A stretch of 64,000 bases of DNA from Acidimicrobiales bacterium (GCA_040219085.1 JAVJTC010000038.1:16199-80198); one strand, 5' to 3'; positions 8,495-16,861 are shown, numbered from the stretch's first letter. Notes: a model not told the origin generated them from the letters alone. Program-made: numbers and translations.

Positions 8495-9178
8495 TCAGCT
8501 GCCGCGGACGCGGGACAGGTGGGCCCGCACCGTGTCCAGATAGTCGGTGCGCAGGTCCCGGCGGCTCGCGGCCGTGGATGACGGGTGCACTCTTCGCCGC
8601 AGGACGATCTCGTCGATGTCGATCTCGGTCAGCCCGAACTCGCGTGCCCGGGTGAACCAGTCGACGAACTCGCCCGTTCGCAGAGACGGGTCGAACGGGC
8701 CGACCAGGTCGAAGTCGCCGCGTCGCAGAAGGATCCCGCCCGCGAGCAGACCGCGGGTGGGCGTGGGATCGAACTCGAGCGCATCGTGTTCGCCGAAGTG
8801 TTCGACGAGACCGACGGCCACGGACGGCCCGGGCACGCCGGTGAGCGCCCGGGCGAGTTGTTCCGTGCGGTCCGGCGGCCAGATGTCGTCGGCGTCGAGG
8901 AACGCGATCCATTCACGGTCACACGCGTCGAGTCCGGTGTTGCGGGCGGCGGCGATCCCCCCGTTCGATTCGCGTCGCAGGTACCGCACGCGTTGATCGT
9001 CGAGGGCGACGACGACGTCCGCTGTGTCGTCGTCGCCGGCGTCGTCGACCACGGTGACCCTCACGTCTGCGCCTCGCTGCGCGAGTGCCGATCGGAGTGC
9101 GGCGGTGATCGTGTCCGCACGGTTGTAGGCGGCCATCACGACGTCGAGAGTGACGGGTCCGGGTCGGGCGGTGGTCAC
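8495..9178 (-). CDS. Glycosyltransferase family 2
   Basis: GT-A motifs VVMAAYNRADTI, VVDDAGDDDT and DxD FLDADDIW. The GTG start overlaps the upstream stop (GTGA). Confidence 0.85.
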   Translation of the reverse strand: MTTARPGPVTLDVVMAAYNRADTITAALRSALAQRGADVRVTVVDDAGDDDTADVVVALDDQRVRYLRRESNGGIAAARNTGLDACDREWIAFLDADDIWPPDRTEQLARALTGVPGPSVAVGLVEHFGEHDALEFDPTPTRGLLAGGILLRRGDFDLVGPFDPSLRTGEFVDWFTRAREFGLTEIDIDEIVLRRRVHPSSTAASRRDLRTDYLDTVRAHLSRVRGS

Positions 9179-9903
9179 GGGTCGATCCTCTCTCCGAGGC
9201 CGCGTGCCGAGCGGGCGGCGGCCGCGGCCCTGATCACCTCGAGCAGTTCCGCGTTGTGTTGGCGGGTCATCGCCGAGAGGTTCTGGTCATGGACACGCCG
9301 GTGGAGAACGACCTCGTCGAGCACCACGATCTCCACGTCGGCCATCTTCACGCGCGCGAACCAGTCGACGTCGTCGCCACCGTTGCGCTTCGTCGCGTCG
9401 AACGTCCCGACCCGTTCGAAGACCCGGCGGCGGACGAGGGCCGCGCTGAGGAACCAGGCGGGGTGCGCTGACTCCCCCCAACGCTGCTGGAACCACGCGG
9501 GTACCTCGATCCCGGGCTCGACGAAGTGCTCGACGTGGCCGAGTACGAGGTCGCACCCGGTCTGCTCCAGCGCCGCGATCTGTAGGGCCAGCTTGTCCGG
9601 CGCCCACAGGTCGTCGTGATCACAGAATGCGATCAGGTCGTGGCGCGCTGCGGCGAGACCGGTGTTGCGCGCTGCGGCGACACCACGGTTCTCCGTGTGA
9701 CTCACGAGCTCCACGGGGGTGCCGCCGGCCTTCATCTCCCTCACGATGTCGGCGGACCCATCAGGGGAGGCGTCGTCGACGACGATGATCTGGAGGGTCA
9801 CGTGGGGTTGGGCCGCGATGCTGTCGATGGTCGCGGCGATATGGCGTGCCCCCGAGTAGGTCGGGATGACGACGCTCACTGCGTGGTCGATCGGAGCGTT
9901 CAC
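9175..9903 (-). CDS. Glycosyltransferase family 2
   Basis: Only the last 242 codons of the 704-aa ORF are protein-like: VSVVIPTYSGARHI, IVVDDASPDGS and DxD FCDHDDLW. GTG at 9903 overlaps the stop of the kinase-like gene (GTGA). Confidence 0.85.
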   Translation of the reverse strand: MNAPIDHAVSVVIPTYSGARHIAATIDSIAAQPHVTLQIIVVDDASPDGSADIVREMKAGGTPVELVSHTENRGVAAARNTGLAAARHDLIAFCDHDDLWAPDKLALQIAALEQTGCDLVLGHVEHFVEPGIEVPAWFQQRWGESAHPAWFLSAALVRRRVFERVGTFDATKRNGGDDVDWFARVKMADVEIVVLDEVVLHRRVHDQNLSAMTRQHNAELLEVIRAAAAARSARGLGERIDP

Positions 9904-10979
9904 GCTCTGGCTCCGTGGGTCGCCCGGGTCACTTCGTCGAGTAGGGCGTCGATCAGCGCGGCCGTGGCGGGGAGGTCGCGCGGCGGCCTGACCTCGTAAC
10001 AGGGGACGTTCTGTGCGAGCCGGGTGATGAAGCGCATCGAGGCGTCGTGTTCGTAGGGCGTCTGCGCGATCGTCGACGGCGCTGCGGCCATGACCGCGGC
10101 GATCGGAGACGTAGGGGCGTGGCCGGGAGGCTGCCCGGAGCGTGGGAGTGACACTACGGCGATGGCACGCACCGCCATCTCCGTGGCGAAGGCAGAGGAC
10201 CGCGCGGCGTGGAGTTCGTGGATTGCTGTGAGGTTGGACACAGTGGTGCGCCGGGGCGCGCCCTCGAGGAGAGCGTCGGCGCGCACCGCCGCGTCGAGTC
10301 GGGTCTTCACGACCCCGTAGATGGGGCGCGCGACGTGAGTTCCGTCCTCGTCGGGGGCGACGTGGGTGTAGTCGTCCCCGCATGTCGCCATCCCTGCGGC
10401 CACGCCGGCGAGCGTGGTTGTCGACTTGCCCGCCCCGGAGTTGCCGAGAAGCAGCACGGCGCCGCGCTCGTCGCCCACACAGCCGGCATGGACCATCGCG
10501 TGGCCGAGCGAGGTGGAGAGCCAGTGGATGTGCATCCGGAACGGTTGCGACGATTCCCATTCCGGTAGTTCGCCGGCGGCGGCGACGAACCCGCTGCGGC
10601 CGTCGAGCGACATCGCCGTGATCAGCCCGTGGTGGCCGTCCCACACGAGGCGGTGCCGGCTGGCCTGGATCGACTGGCGCAGGGACCGTCCGGGCTGCGC
10701 CCAGGCGGGGTCGGGCGGATCCACCAGAGACGCGAGATGCTCGACGGTGGTCGCGTGGACGGTCATGGAGACGTGTGCGCCCGCGCCGCTCGCCGGCAGT
10801 AGCGAACGTAGTGGAGGCCCCCAGGGCGACGCGTGGTGCACGAACATCGTCAGGTCGTAGGGGCCGGGGCGCCACGTCGCCTGGTTCCAGCCCCGTTCGG
10901 CTTCGAGGCGGGCCGTGGCGGCGTCGATCCACCCGCCGAGGGGGCCGCCGCCGGTCAGCTGCCGGGCGCCTTGGGCCAT
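9900..10979 (-). CDS. HPr kinase/phosphorylase-like P-loop protein (HprK-related kinase)
   Basis: VHAGCVGDERGAVLLLGNSGAGKSTTTLAG matches the HprK C-terminal-domain Walker A context. 359 aa. The ATG overlaps the PqqD-like gene end by 25 nt. Confidence 0.75.
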   Translation of the reverse strand: MAQGARQLTGGGPLGGWIDAATARLEAERGWNQATWRPGPYDLTMFVHHASPWGPPLRSLLPASGAGAHVSMTVHATTVEHLASLVDPPDPAWAQPGRSLRQSIQASRHRLVWDGHHGLITAMSLDGRSGFVAAAGELPEWESSQPFRMHIHWLSTSLGHAMVHAGCVGDERGAVLLLGNSGAGKSTTTLAGVAAGMATCGDDYTHVAPDEDGTHVARPIYGVVKTRLDAAVRADALLEGAPRRTTVSNLTAIHELHAARSSAFATEMAVRAIAVVSLPRSGQPPGHAPTSPIAAVMAAAPSTIAQTPYEHDASMRFITRLAQNVPCYEVRPPRDLPATAALIDALLDEVTRATHGARA

Positions 10980-11311
10980 CCGAACGTCTCATCGACGTCG
11001 TGGATCGGGTCGAGAGCGAGCAGGTCCTCCATGTCGGCGAACCGTTCGAAGCCGAGCTGTGTGCCGTCCCATGCTTCGACCTGTTCGGCCTCGGCCGGAC
11101 CGGAGCGCGTGCGCAGCAGACCCTCTTCGATGAGCGCGCCGACGAAGCGGTCGAGAGCGGCGGGGTCGCTGCCCTCGGCGAGGAGCGACCGGGGGGTCGC
11201 TCCGTCCAGGAGGCTCTGCCACACGGCGCCGGTCGCCCCGGTGAGCGAGTAGTAGATGCCCGAGTTGAGATCGATGGCGATGGCTTCACCGTCGACGAGG
11301 TCTGCGATCAC
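10955..11311 (-). CDS. PqqD-family (RRE-type) peptide-binding/chaperone protein
   Basis: VIADLVDGEAIAIDLNSGIYYSLTGATGAVWQSLLDG is a textbook PqqD/RRE core. The GTG at 11311 overlaps the stop of a 14-codon upstream ORF. The true N-terminus may be that ORF (see findings). Confidence 0.75.
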   Translation of the reverse strand: MIADLVDGEAIAIDLNSGIYYSLTGATGAVWQSLLDGATPRSLLAEGSDPAALDRFVGALIEEGLLRTRSGPAEAEQVEAWDGTQLGFERFADMEDLLALDPIHDVDETFGWPKAPGS

Positions 11312-11352
11312 CGGGGGTTGTTCAGTTCGTAGCGATCGTCGAGTTGCGACAT
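11308..11352 (-). other. 14-codon upstream ORF MSQLDDRYELNNPR, or the displaced N-terminus of the PqqD-like gene
   Basis: ATG at 11352 is preceded by GGGAGG with a 10-nt spacer. The TGA overlaps the GTG of the PqqD ORF (GTGA). The sequence ends in a C5 run where a 1-nt insertion would fuse the two frames. Confidence 0.5.
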
Positions 11353-11362
11353 CAGGTGGGGG

Positions 11363-11400
11363 CCTCCCTGCCGTCCTTGCCTGTCCTTGCTTGTCCCTGC
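11363..11400 (-). repeat. Four tandem purine-rich ~10-nt repeats in the GT1/upstream-ORF spacer
   Basis: The mRNA sense reads GCAGGGACAA GCAAGGACAG GCAAGGACGG CAGGGAGG. Each unit has an A(A/G)GGA core, and the last one doubles as the SD for the ATG at 11352. Confidence 0.7.
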
Positions 11401-11403
11401 GTG

Positions 11404-12537
11404 TCAGTTCCGCGCGCGGCATCTCTCCGTGGCCAGGTCCAGGAACCCGACCATGGCCTGAAGGTAGGCGTCGTCGCCGTACTGGTCGGTGATGGACGAG
11501 TGGGAAGCGGCCGAGAGCATCCGCCACGCGTCGTCGTCGGTGCAGAGGTGGGTCACGCCGGCTGCGAAGTCCTCGGCGTTGTCAGCCTCGATCACCCGGG
11601 GCCGCCCGTCGGAGGTGGTCACGTCGACGCCCTCGAGCCCGACCGAGGTCGACACGACGGGGATCCCACGGTGCATCGCCGCGACGACCTTGCGCTTCAC
11701 GCCTGCGCCCCATCGCACCGGTGCCACCGAGACGCGTACCTGCGACATGAGGGATTCGAGCGAGTCGTCGTCGAGCATCCCGGTGTAGGTCACCCCGTCC
11801 AGTTCATGGCGGCGGTGGGCCGGCCAGTCGCCGATGACCGTGAGGGTGGTGTCAGGGAGATCCCGGCGGATCAGCGGAAGGATGGTCGCACCGAACCAGG
11901 CGACGGCGTCGTCGTTGGGTGCGTGGGCCGCTGCGCCGACGAACGCGCAACCGCTGCGGCCCTCGGGCGACGGGGCGGGCCCCTCGCCGAGCCGGTAGAT
12001 GGGCACGGCGAGTGCACTTCCCGGGGCGCCCAGGATGCGGTCGACGTGGTCGGCCTCGTTCTGCGAGGGGTAGATGGAGACGTCGTAGTGGCGCCAACAG
12101 CGTCGTTCGACCGCGGTCATCGCGAGAATGGCCGGCCTCCCCATCGAGGATCCGAAGCTGACGCCCCGCTCCATGCGGGCGGCGTGGAGGTCGTGGCCGA
12201 ACAACACGCGCGCTGTTGCGGGGCTCGTCTCGAGCAGGTCCAGGTACAGGGCCCCGGTCCCGGGACGCGAGACGATCGCGAGGTCCGGTGGGTTCGCCTC
12301 GAACCATTCCGCAAGACCCTCGGGGCCTTCTCCGACGTGGCCGACGAGGCGCTCGACGACGGCGGGGTCCACATCGGGGACCATGGTGTCAGCGTCGAAT
12401 CCCTCCGGGAAGCGGTCGGGGTAGAAGGCGACGTCGTGTCCCAGGTCCACCAGGCCCGACACGAGGTCGCTGATCGCCCGGTCCCCGGCGTTGTGATGCG
12501 GGCGCGGTACGGACTGGTCGATGACGAGTACGTTCAT
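11404..12537 (-). CDS. Glycosyltransferase family 1 (GT-B, GT4-like)
   Basis: Starts MNVLVIDQSVPRPHHNAGDRAI, which is typical of a GT-B N-terminus. C-terminal VKRKVVAAMHRGIPVVSTSVGLEG. The internal ATG at 12537 was chosen over the longer ORF. Confidence 0.8.
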   Translation of the reverse strand: MNVLVIDQSVPRPHHNAGDRAISDLVSGLVDLGHDVAFYPDRFPEGFDADTMVPDVDPAVVERLVGHVGEGPEGLAEWFEANPPDLAIVSRPGTGALYLDLLETSPATARVLFGHDLHAARMERGVSFGSSMGRPAILAMTAVERRCWRHYDVSIYPSQNEADHVDRILGAPGSALAVPIYRLGEGPAPSPEGRSGCAFVGAAAHAPNDDAVAWFGATILPLIRRDLPDTTLTVIGDWPAHRRHELDGVTYTGMLDDDSLESLMSQVRVSVAPVRWGAGVKRKVVAAMHRGIPVVSTSVGLEGVDVTTSDGRPRVIEADNAEDFAAGVTHLCTDDDAWRMLSAASHSSITDQYGDDAYLQAMVGFLDLATERCRARN

Positions 12538-12680
12538 ACGCGTCGAGATGGAGTGCGTGGGCGGTGGGGCGACATCGCGGCAACCGTAGCTTGCGGCACC
12601 GTCCCGGCGGCATTGTCCGGCGGACACTGCACTTCGGGGCGGTACTGCCGATAGATGAGCTACCAGGAAGGTGGTGCCGC

Positions 12681-13595
12681 GTGGGTCTCACGGGCATGAA
12701 GGTCGACTCGGATGAGCTCGAGCCCTCGGCGTGGCGGTCCTTCGCGTTCGAGAACCTCCCCTCTCCGGCGGTCGTGTTGAACGGCGAGGGGACGATCGTC
12801 GCCGTCAACGAGGCGTGGACGGTGTTCTCGCTTCTGAACGGCGGTGATCCCGAGACGTCCGGCGTCGGCGCGAGCTATCTCGGCGTCTGTGACGTGGCCG
12901 CCTCCGATGTCGACGATGCGAGCGCGGTGGGCGTGGGGATCCGGCGACTTCTCGAAGGTGACATCGAGCGCTTCGAGCACGAGTACCCCTGTCACTCGCC
13001 CCACGAGGACCGGTGGTTCCTGCTGCAGGCCTCTGCGCTCCACGACGCCACCGGCGTCGTGTTGTTCCACGTCAACATCACAGGCCGCAAGATGCTCGAG
13101 GACCGGTTGGCCCGCGAGGTGGAGCTCGACACCCTGACAGGTCTCGCCAACCGCCGTGGTGTGATGTCCCACCTCAGCGATGTGCTGGGCCGGGACACCG
13201 ACCTCGACGGTGCGGTGACCGTGTTCTTCGCGGACCTCGACCGGTTCAAGCCCGTCAACGACCGCCTCGGCCACGCCTCCGGGGACGAGTTGTTGGCCGC
13301 CGTGGGTCGACGACTCCGCCGGATCGCCCGTGAGGGCGTCGATCTCGTCGGCCGCCTGGGTGGCGACGAGTTCGTGGTGATCCTCGCCGGCCTCGCCGAG
13401 GACGACGTCGACATGGTGGTCGAGCGGATGCGCATCTCGATCGAGTCGCCTTTCCAGTTGGGCGACCGCGCGGTCACCGTCGGGGTGTCGATCGGCGTGG
13501 TCCGCAGCTCGCCCACCGCGACGGCCGAGAGCCTGCTCGAGAAGGCCGACGCGGCGATGTACGCCGACAAGAAATCGCGCAACGCCGGTCGTTGA
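12681..13595 (+). CDS. PAS domain-containing diguanylate cyclase (GGDEF)
   Basis: PAS-like AVVLNGEGTIVAVNEAWTVF. GGDEF domain LTGLANRRG, FFADLDRFKPVNDRLGHASGDELL and RLGGDEFVVIL. GTG at 12681 follows AGGAAGG. Confidence 0.85.
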   Translation: MGLTGMKVDSDELEPSAWRSFAFENLPSPAVVLNGEGTIVAVNEAWTVFSLLNGGDPETSGVGASYLGVCDVAASDVDDASAVGVGIRRLLEGDIERFEHEYPCHSPHEDRWFLLQASALHDATGVVLFHVNITGRKMLEDRLAREVELDTLTGLANRRGVMSHLSDVLGRDTDLDGAVTVFFADLDRFKPVNDRLGHASGDELLAAVGRRLRRIAREGVDLVGRLGGDEFVVILAGLAEDDVDMVVERMRISIESPFQLGDRAVTVGVSIGVVRSSPTATAESLLEKADAAMYADKKSRNAGR

Positions 13596-13604
13596 CCGGA
13601 CGGT

Positions 13605-13973
13605 TCAGCCGTCGCGACCGCGGAGGCGGTCGATGCGCCGCCGGTCCCGCTTCGTCGGGCGCCCTGTCCCCGGGTCCCGCGTCAGCGCCGGCGCGGTGAG
13701 CTCACGGGGCGGTGGCGGGGGGCTGTGGTCGACGTAGCACTCGGCCGCGACGGGCGCCCCGACCCGCTTGTCGATCACCCGCGTGACCTCGGCGATCCGC
13801 AGCCGCGAGCCGACCCGGGCCTCGACGGTGTCACCGACCCGCACGGCCGAGGCGGGTTTCGCCGCAGAGCCGTTGAGCGTCACGTGGCCACCCCGGCACG
13901 CGGCTGACGCCGCTGAGCGGGTCTTGTACAGCCGGACGGACCACAGCCAGCGGTCGATGCGCGTCGAATCGAT
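13605..13973 (-). CDS. S4 domain RNA-binding protein (Hsp15-like); start codon unresolved
   Basis: RIDRWLWSVRLYKTRSAASAACRGGHVTLNGSAAKPASAVRVGDTV is the S4/Hsp15 signature. It extends upstream of the ORF-track GTG (13883). The frame is open to 14018 with no canonical start, so ATC at 13973 is used as a placeholder. Confidence 0.65.
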   Translation of the reverse strand: MDSTRIDRWLWSVRLYKTRSAASAACRGGHVTLNGSAAKPASAVRVGDTVEARVGSRLRIAEVTRVIDKRVGAPVAAECYVDHSPPPPPRELTAPALTRDPGTGRPTKRDRRRIDRLRGRDG

Positions 13974-14075
13974 GCTGTCATCGTAGAGAACGTGGTCTGT
14001 CGCGTGGGCGGCTGAAGGTCAGGGCGCCCCGGTGTGGTGGAATGATTCGGACGAATCGACCAGGGGGAACGCAGA

Positions 14076-14996
14076 GTGAAGATCGTGGACACGCAGTGGC
14101 ACGAGCCGGCCCCGGTGAGCGAGTGGCAGCCGGACGATGTCGAGACCCGCAGGGCGCTGCTCACCGAGTTGCTCTTCGCCAACATGAACGCGGTCGGCGT
14201 GGACGCGGTGCTCATCTTCCCACTCGAGGACCGGGGCTGGCCGATGTCGCTCGCCGCGGCACACCCGGACCGCTTCGCGTGGGTGCCGATGGTCACCGCC
14301 GCCGATGCGCCCGGTGACCCCGATCTGCCGATCAGGCCCGACGCGCCCGACCTCGAGGACCAGATCGCGGCTCTCGCAGAGGATCCGGGGTGTGCGGCGG
14401 TGCGGATCCTCGCGGCGTTCTTCGAGGAGGAGGTCGTCCGCCACAAGGCCGGTGGCAACGAGCGCGCGCTCGCCGCCTGCGAGAAGTACGGCCTACCCGT
14501 CTACTTCTTCTGCTCGGGGGAACCGGAACTCGCCGCGCCGGTGGCCGAGAAGTACCCGGACCTCACGATGGTCATCGACCATCTCGGGGTCCGCCAGCCT
14601 CCCCTCGAGGAGCCCGACGACCCCTGGTACGCGAAGTTCCCCGATGTCCTGGCCCTCGCGAAGTATCCGAAGGTGACTGTGAAGCTCGCCGGGTCGCCGG
14701 TGTTCTCCAAGACCGGGTGGCCCTACCGCGACACCTGGCCCCAGATCCGTGAGGTGGTCGACGCGTTCGGCGCCGACCGGGTCATGTGGGCCTCCGACGC
14801 GTCGCGGTTCTCGGGGCGGATCGGTTGGTCCATGCGCGTCGAGGAGGCGATGGTCCCGTACCCGGGCAAGCACAACTACGCAGAGTCGTTGTCGTTCGTG
14901 CGCGACACAGACCTGTTGAGTGACGAGGAGAAGGGCTGGGTTCTCGGGGGGTCGTCCACGAAGTGGCTGAACTGGCCCGCCGATGGCGGAGCCTGA
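14076..14996 (+). CDS. Amidohydrolase_2 family protein (shorter paralogue)
   Basis: GTG start follows GGGGGAA. Has MKIVDTQWHEP, VIDHLGV and MWASD, which are typical of PF04909-type metal hydrolases/decarboxylases. Confidence 0.7.
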   Translation: MKIVDTQWHEPAPVSEWQPDDVETRRALLTELLFANMNAVGVDAVLIFPLEDRGWPMSLAAAHPDRFAWVPMVTAADAPGDPDLPIRPDAPDLEDQIAALAEDPGCAAVRILAAFFEEEVVRHKAGGNERALAACEKYGLPVYFFCSGEPELAAPVAEKYPDLTMVIDHLGVRQPPLEEPDDPWYAKFPDVLALAKYPKVTVKLAGSPVFSKTGWPYRDTWPQIREVVDAFGADRVMWASDASRFSGRIGWSMRVEEAMVPYPGKHNYAESLSFVRDTDLLSDEEKGWVLGGSSTKWLNWPADGGA

Positions 14997-14999
14997 ACG

Positions 15000-15800
15000 G
15001 TGTCGCTCAATCCTTTCCTCGACGCCGTGCGGGCCGGGACCCATCCGATTCAGGCGTGGGTGTGGAACCCCTCTCCGCTGTCCACGGAGATCATCGCCCG
15101 GTCGGGGTTCGATTCGATCGGCTTCGACCTCCAACACGGCGCGGTCGACTTCTCGGACCTCTACTCGCTGTTCGCGATCGCCTCGGCCCACGGGGTCACG
15201 CCGATGGTGCGGATCCCTTCCAACGACCCGGGTTGGATCTCCCGGGTCCTCGACGCCGGGGCCTACGGGGTGATCTGCCCCGACGTCCGCTCGGCGGCCG
15301 AGGCCGAGGCGTTCGTGCGGGCCTGCCGTTATGCGCCCGAGGGGGAGCGGGGCTTCGGGCCGGTCCGTCCGGCGATGGGCGCGCCCGGTTCGCGGGCCGT
15401 CTCCACCGGCTACGACATGGCCGCCCAGAACGCCGCCGTGATGGTCATCGTCCAGATCGAGTCACCTGAGGGTCTCGCTGCGGTCGGCGAGATCGTCGCG
15501 GTGGCCGGGGTGGACGGCGTGTTCCCGGGGCCGGTCGACTACTCGGTGCTCACGACCGGTGAGGTCCTCTTCGACTACGGCGACGAGCGTCTCGGCCCAC
15601 CGATGAAGGCCATCGTCGACGCGTGCCACGATGCGGGGAAGTTCGTCGGTCTGCCTGCGATCGTGCCGGAGCACGTCGGGCTGTTCATGGAGATGGGTGT
15701 GGACTGGATCCAGATCGGTAACGACGTCGCGTGGATCACCGCGGCCGCCCGTCAGACGGTTGCGTCCGCCCGGGAGGCGATCGCCGCAGCCGGGAGTTGA
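15000..15800 (+). CDS. HpcH/HpaI family 2-keto-3-deoxy-acid aldolase
   Basis: STEIIARSGFDSIGFDLQHGAVD, MVRIPSNDPGWISRVLDAGAYGVICPDV and RYAPEGERGFGP match the HpcH/HpaI aldolase pattern. Confidence 0.8.
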   Translation: MSLNPFLDAVRAGTHPIQAWVWNPSPLSTEIIARSGFDSIGFDLQHGAVDFSDLYSLFAIASAHGVTPMVRIPSNDPGWISRVLDAGAYGVICPDVRSAAEAEAFVRACRYAPEGERGFGPVRPAMGAPGSRAVSTGYDMAAQNAAVMVIVQIESPEGLAAVGEIVAVAGVDGVFPGPVDYSVLTTGEVLFDYGDERLGPPMKAIVDACHDAGKFVGLPAIVPEHVGLFMEMGVDWIQIGNDVAWITAAARQTVASAREAIAAAGS

Positions 15801-15868
15801 GCGTGGTCCCGGGCGGTGATCGGGCCCGGGCGTAGCATCGCCTCGGCCCCGAACCGAGGAGAGACCCG

Positions 15869-16360
15869 ATGAACATGCTCCAGACGATGGCGGTCGCCCT
15901 GGTGGGAGCAGCGGTCTTCGAGCTGTTGAGGGTTCCCGCGGGCGCGCTCATCGGATCACTCGTCGGAGTCGCTGCGTACAACATCGCCGTCACGGCCGGG
16001 GCGGCGACGCTCCCGGGTTGGTCGCGGTTCGTCGCGTTTGCCGTGCTCGGTTGGTTGATCGGTCAGTCGATGACCCGCGAGACGCTCGTGAGCCTGCGAG
16101 CGGATCTGTGGAGCATCACCGTGATCGTCGGTTCGCTGATGGCTGTGAGTGCCGTTGTTGCGATCGTGTTGACGCGTACGGGTGTTCTCGACGGGACCAC
16201 CGCCTTTCTGGCGTCGTCTCCGGGTGGGTTGTCCCAGATGACGGCGCTCGGCAACGCGCTCGACGCCGATGTCGCCTATGTCGCCACCGTGCACCTGACC
16301 CGGGTCGTGCTGGTCCTGCTGTCGGCGCCGCTTGTCGCGCGTCTTGTCGACGCGGCCTAG
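15869..16360 (+). CDS. AbrB-family (PF05145-like) integral membrane protein, single-module size
   Basis: 163 aa, hydrophobic. Has LRVPAGALIGSLVG and SSPGGLSQMTALG, which are characteristic of the so-called AbrB / putative ammonia monooxygenase membrane family. Confidence 0.6.
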   Translation: MNMLQTMAVALVGAAVFELLRVPAGALIGSLVGVAAYNIAVTAGAATLPGWSRFVAFAVLGWLIGQSMTRETLVSLRADLWSITVIVGSLMAVSAVVAIVLTRTGVLDGTTAFLASSPGGLSQMTALGNALDADVAYVATVHLTRVVLVLLSAPLVARLVDAA

Positions 16361-16450
16361 TTGTGGCCTCCCCGCCCCGGTGTCCGGGGGTGGGTACGCT
16401 TTCGGCACCTCGGACGACACCCAGCTCCGGGTCCAGCACCAGGAGCACAC

Positions 16451-16861
16451 GTGAGACGATCGATCGCCGCCACATTGATCGCGGCCGCCCTCATCTTCGC
16501 CGTCGCCGCCTGCGGCTCGGACTCGCCGGAGGAGGTGCCGACCGGCCTGGATCTCGTGGGGACCTGGAGCCAGACGGGCGCGGGCTACGAGAACGGCGTT
16601 GCGGTCACCTGGGAGAACCAGACGGTGGTGATCGTGGAGGCCGAGGGTCAGGGCTTCACCGGCTTCAAGGAGTACACGCGCGAGGGTGAGCCGCCGACGA
16701 CGGAGGCCGTGAACGGTGTCGTCGGCGTGGACGGCGAGGTCCTCATCGTGGACGACGACGGCTGGTTCGAGGGTCGATTCGTCGACGGCACGTTGCAGGG
16801 CCAGTACGCGGAGAGCGGTGGGGACGCGTCGGCCATCAACGTGGTGCTCGCCCGGGAGTAG
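16451..16861 (+). CDS. Small lipoprotein, unknown function
   Basis: GTG at 16451 follows AGGAGC. Signal/lipobox LIAAALIFAVAAC|GSD. Confidence 0.6.
   Translation: MRRSIAATLIAAALIFAVAACGSDSPEEVPTGLDLVGTWSQTGAGYENGVAVTWENQTVVIVEAEGQGFTGFKEYTREGEPPTTEAVNGVVGVDGEVLIVDDDGWFEGRFVDGTLQGQYAESGGDASAINVVLARE

Noticed and set aside
9175-11289. 704-aa ORF taken as a single large gene
   Set aside because: Only the last 242 codons are GT2-like. The upstream part overlaps the HprK-like and PqqD-like genes in other frames and is Arg/Pro-rich. The internal GTG at 9903 forms a GTGA junction with the kinase stop.
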